NCBI GenBank assembly: GCA_025935235.1
Contig: JAICVT010000001.1
Coordinates: 1-47,076, forward strand
DNA from: Ktedonobacterales bacterium
GTDB taxonomy: Bacteria; Chloroflexota; Ktedonobacteria; Ktedonobacterales; JADMIN01
Length of the DNA: 47,076 nt
Direction of reading: 5' to 3'
Part shown: positions 44,414 through 47,076 of the stretch, in pieces
How the letters are laid out: every line of letters starts with the position of its first letter
Position numbering within the stretch: position 1 is the first letter of the stretch
The notes under the pieces: model-generated
What the model was told of the DNA's origin: nothing
The model's database searches: none
The model's input: the letters and a program-made list of their open reading frames with translations, nothing else
Program-made: the position numbers and the translations under genes

Positions 44414-44998
44414 ATGAGGGCATCAGGGTTGCGAGCGCGACACTGGATCGACGCACTGGCGCTGCTGATCGGCGCGCTGCTGGTGGGCTGCGCGCCCGCC
44501 GCTGGCGCCGTGCCGCATGCCGCCACGACCACCGCGACGCCGCGCGCGACCCCTGCGCTGGTCGCAAGCCCAGGCCCCGCCACGCAGCTCGGCGAGCGCA
44601 CGCGCCAGGCCATCGGGACACTGGCGCGCAAGGTCGAGGTCACCTATGACGCGGCGGCGCGCACGGCGACCGTCAGTATCACCATCTCCGGCGGCATCCC
44701 GCTGACCGATCAGCAGGTCGCCGCGGCGCACGACCTGGTCAAGCTGCTCTGCTACAAAGCGGGCGCGGCGCTCTGGTCCAGCAGCGTAGCGCTCAGCCAG
44801 GTGACGCTGCTCGTGCTCGGCCCGATGCAAGACGCCTACGCCAACATCATCACCGATTGGTATGGCGTCGCCACGCTGACGGCCAGCTCGGCCCAGCGCA
44901 TCCAGTGGGCCAGCCTCAGCCCAGACGCCGCCTGGAATCTGTATGACCAGCGCATGCTGCGGGTCGCGTTCAGCGTGCCCGATGAAATCCCAGACTGA
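44414..44998 (+). CDS. Hypothetical lipoprotein
   Basis: Signal peptide with lipobox LLVGC. 194 aa, no recognised domain. Confidence 0.6.
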   Translation: MRASGLRARHWIDALALLIGALLVGCAPAAGAVPHAATTTATPRATPALVASPGPATQLGERTRQAIGTLARKVEVTYDAAARTATVSITISGGIPLTDQQVAAAHDLVKLLCYKAGAALWSSSVALSQVTLLVLGPMQDAYANIITDWYGVATLTASSAQRIQWASLSPDAAWNLYDQRMLRVAFSVPDEIPD

Positions 44999-45052
44999 GC
45001 CAGAGCGAGCCAGACTGGGCGCGCGGACAGCGCGGAGAGAGGGAACCTTGCG

Positions 45053-45769
45053 ATGATCATTCGCGTCTTCCGTGCGCGGCTCAAGCCGGGCGCGCGTCCG
45101 GCGTATGAGCGCCTCTGCCGCACAGTCAGCGAGCCGCTGATGCGCGCCCAGGAAGGCTGCCTGGCCGTCTCGATTGGCGAGGCTGACCTGTCAAAGCCCG
45201 ATGACTTCGTCTTCGTGTCGGTCTGGCGCGACCTCGAGCATCTGAAAGCCTTCGTCGGCGAGCAGTGGCGCGAGGTGAGCATCCTGCCGGGCGAGGCTGA
45301 TCTGCTGGAGGTGGCGCGGGTCGAGCACTACAATGAGTCGTACCAGAGCCTGATCGAGATGTGGACGGCGACGGCGGATGTCATCAAGCGGCGCGAGATG
45401 ACGGCGCTGGCGGTGACGCTGACCGACGCGCAATGGGCGGCGATTCAGCCCCTGTTGCCCGCGCCAGCGCGCACCGGCCGCCCACGCGCGGAGGACCGCC
45501 GCACGCTCGAAGGCATCCTCTATGTGCTGCGCAACGGCTGTCGCTGGCACGATCTGCCCGCGCGCTATGGTGATCCCGTCACCTGCTGGCGGCGCTTTGT
45601 GCGGCTGGAAGCGTCGGGCGCGTGGGAGCGCATCTGGGCCACGCTGCTGCGCACGCTGGACCCAATGGCGCAGCAGGCCTGGACGCTGGCCTTCCTCGAC
45701 CTGCGGCAGATTCCCACCCGGCCAGGGCGCAAATACGGCGCGTGGGCGGCTCAGTTCGCCAGCGGCTGA
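45053..45769 (+). CDS. Fusion ORF: ABM (antibiotic-biosynthesis-monooxygenase/Dabb-like) domain + IS5-type transposase N-terminal (DUF4096-like) fragment
   Basis: aa 1-105 (MIIRVFRARLKPG...FVFVSVWRDLEHLKAF...) look like an ABM ferredoxin-like fold. aa 123-238 read LTDAQWAAIQPLLP...GRPRAEDRRTLEGILYVLRNGCRWHDLPARYGDPVTCWRRFVRLEASGAWERIW, the conserved N-terminus of IS5/IS427-group transposases. Confidence 0.7.
   Translation: MIIRVFRARLKPGARPAYERLCRTVSEPLMRAQEGCLAVSIGEADLSKPDDFVFVSVWRDLEHLKAFVGEQWREVSILPGEADLLEVARVEHYNESYQSLIEMWTATADVIKRREMTALAVTLTDAQWAAIQPLLPAPARTGRPRAEDRRTLEGILYVLRNGCRWHDLPARYGDPVTCWRRFVRLEASGAWERIWATLLRTLDPMAQQAWTLAFLDLRQIPTRPGRKYGAWAAQFASG
45398..45769 (+). mobile_element. 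Truncated IS5-family transposase remnant (N-terminal HTH part only, no DDE domain)
   Basis: The transposase-like sequence stops at FLDLRQIPTRPG, about where the DDE core normally begins (IDST.VRAH). The next gene is an unrelated MerR regulator. I identified no terminal inverted repeats. Confidence 0.6.
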
Positions 45770-45944
45770 GCGGGGAGGACGGGGAGAGACGGCGGGTAAT
45801 GAGGGTTAAGGCGTTGATCGGGCCATCGCTTGGCGCCGTGGGGGAGCGGGCGGCTGTAGTCTCAGCCAACCGATCCCCCAATCAACACGTGCACCGTCAT
45901 GAACCGCCTGCGGACATGCTATGCTCAGGCTGAGGGAATCGAGC

Positions 45945-46766
45945 ATGGCAGCGTATCTCTACACCTCTGAGCTGGCCCGCGCGGTGGGCGTCCACCCCAA
46001 TACCGTGCGCCGCTATGTCGCGCGCGGCCTGCTCCCGCCGGTCGAGCGCAGCCCTGCGGGCTATCGGCGCTTCACCCCGCGCCACCTGGATTGCCTGCGC
46101 GTGACCACGCTGGTCTATCACGGCGTCTACCCTGGCCGGGCCATCTTCATGTCGGGCGCGGGCGTCGTGCGGGCCACCGTGGCGGATGATCTGGACGGCG
46201 CACTGAAGCTGGCGCGGCGGCATCTGGCGCTCGTGCGGGCGGAGCGCGCCCAGGCCGACCTGGCCGCCTCGCTGCTGGAGCGCTGGGCCAGCCACGCCGA
46301 CGACGCGCCCGCCGAAGAGCCAACACCGCCGCTGCGCATCGGGCAGGTGGCGCGGCTGCTGGGCATCTCCACCGACATCGTGCGCGCCTGGGATCGCAAC
46401 GGCCTGATTGACATCCCACGCGACCCGGCGAACGGTTACCGGCGCTACGGCCCAGCCGAGATCAGCCGCCTGCGCGTCATCCGCCTGCTCTCGCGCGCGG
46501 GCTACAGCACCGCCGCCGTCCTGCGCATGCTGCGTCAGCTCGACGGCGGCGACGCCACCGATCTGCGCCACGCGCTCGACACACCGCACCCCGACGAAGA
46601 TGTCTACCTCGCCTCCGACCGCTGGCTCTCGACACTGGCCGAGCAAGAGCGGCGCGCCCACGCCATCCTCACGCTGCTCGACGAGATGCTCCAGGGCCGC
46701 GCCCTCACCCCCGCCCCTCTCCCAGAGGGCGAGGGGAGTTTCTCTCGCCAGCGCCAGATCCCCTGA
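45945..46766 (+). CDS. MerR-family regulator with two tandem MerR HTH domains
   Basis: HTH 1 is YLYTSELARAVGVHPNTVRRYVARGLLPPVERSPAGYRRF. HTH 2 is LRIGQVARLLGISTDIVRAWDRNGLIDIPRDPANGYRRY. The ATG at 45945 has GAGGGA upstream. The last roughly 20 codons read into a dispersed repeat. Confidence 0.85.
   Translation: MAAYLYTSELARAVGVHPNTVRRYVARGLLPPVERSPAGYRRFTPRHLDCLRVTTLVYHGVYPGRAIFMSGAGVVRATVADDLDGALKLARRHLALVRAERAQADLAASLLERWASHADDAPAEEPTPPLRIGQVARLLGISTDIVRAWDRNGLIDIPRDPANGYRRYGPAEISRLRVIRLLSRAGYSTAAVLRMLRQLDGGDATDLRHALDTPHPDEDVYLASDRWLSTLAEQERRAHAILTLLDEMLQGRALTPAPLPEGEGSFSRQRQIP
46701..46738 (-). repeat. GC-rich palindromic dispersed repeat (family copy 8, inverted), inside the MerR 3' end
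   Basis: gccctcacccccgcccctctcccagagggcgaggggag. Confidence 0.85.
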
Positions 46767-46836
46767 CCCAGATGTCTTCTCTCAGGACAGGAGAAGAGGT
46801 CAAACCGCTCGCCCCGCGCCCCATTGCATCGTCTGG

Positions 46837-46878
46837 GTTCCCCTCCCTGAAGGGGAGGGGGCAGGGGGTGAGGTTCGC
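46837..46878 (+). repeat. GC-rich palindromic dispersed repeat (family copy 9)
   Basis: gttcccctccctgaaggggagggggcagggggtgaggttcgc forms an inverted pair with copy 8. Confidence 0.85.
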
Positions 46879-46984
46879 CCATCCTGCCCAAACCCTCCCT
46901 ATGGACACCAAGGTTATAGGATGCCTTTTGGAGCGGCGCAAAGGCTCGCTGGCCTGACACAACCCGCTCTCCATAGGAGGACAG

Positions 46985-47076
46985 ATGTCTGACGAGATCA
47001 CGATTCGCGGCGCGCGGCTGCACAACCTGAAGAACATCAGCGTCTCGATCCCGAAAGGCAAGCTGATCGTGCTGAC
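46985..47076 (+). CDS. uvrA: Excinuclease ABC subunit A, 5' end (truncated by the window edge)
   Basis: Translates [30 protein letters not shown], the canonical UvrA N-terminus. AGGAGGA lies just upstream. It is absent from the ORF track because no stop falls in the window. Confidence 0.85.
   Translation, partial: MSDEITIRGARLHNLKNISVSIPKGKLIVL

Noticed and set aside
45053-45769. Calling 45053..45769 an intact, active insertion sequence.
   Set aside because: Only the N-terminal HTH-like third of an IS5-type transposase is present. There is no DDE domain, no second frame-shifted ORF and no identifiable terminal inverted repeats.

Overview
This is a very GC-rich bacterial chromosomal segment with strong G/C preference at codon position 3 in the real genes. 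That bias also produces many long spurious antisense ORFs. I support about 33 protein-coding genes and found no rRNA, tRNA or CRISPR by eye. A Chloroflexota-like origin is only an inference, from the gene content and the dispersed GC-rich repeat family.

Main content:
- **Inositol-lipid locus (about 17.9-25.5 kb, same strand).** ArsR regulator, myo-inositol-1-phosphate synthase, two tandem lysophospholipid acyltransferases, a PHP phosphoesterase, a PimA-like GT4 mannosyltransferase and a CDP-alcohol phosphatidyltransferase. Together these look like a phosphatidylinositol / acyl-PIM pathway. A GDP-mannose pyrophosphorylase lies at 8.7 kb.
- **Selenoprotein.** ORFs 41951..42364 and 41639..41929 (minus strand) are one PrdB/GrdB-family selenoprotein gene. 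An in-frame UGA sits in a U-x-x-C-H-R motif and is followed by a SECIS-like hairpin. A peroxiredoxin gene lies next to it, separated by a 140-nt hairpin with a 29-bp perfect stem.
- **Three paralogous STAND (P-loop + TPR) NTPases** with swapped N-terminal modules: XRE-HTH twice, a class III cyclase once, and one with a C-terminal LuxR HTH.
- **Signalling genes.** OmpR/HK pair, HisKA_3 kinase, orphan kinase, Cache-domain membrane protein, DUF4388 protein, Lrp, double-HTH MerR.
- **Other genes.** OtsA, an M24 peptidase, an APC permease, a beta-helix/HYR secreted protein, an NYN-domain protein with a roughly 530-aa disordered N-terminus, an ABM domain fused to an IS5-type transposase N-terminal fragment, and the 5' end of uvrA at the window edge.

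Non-coding structure:
- A 40-45 bp GC-rich palindromic repeat family has 9 copies, all at gene 3' ends. Two of them form the C-termini of ORFs.
- Short (9-18 nt) tandem direct repeats recur in intergenic regions.
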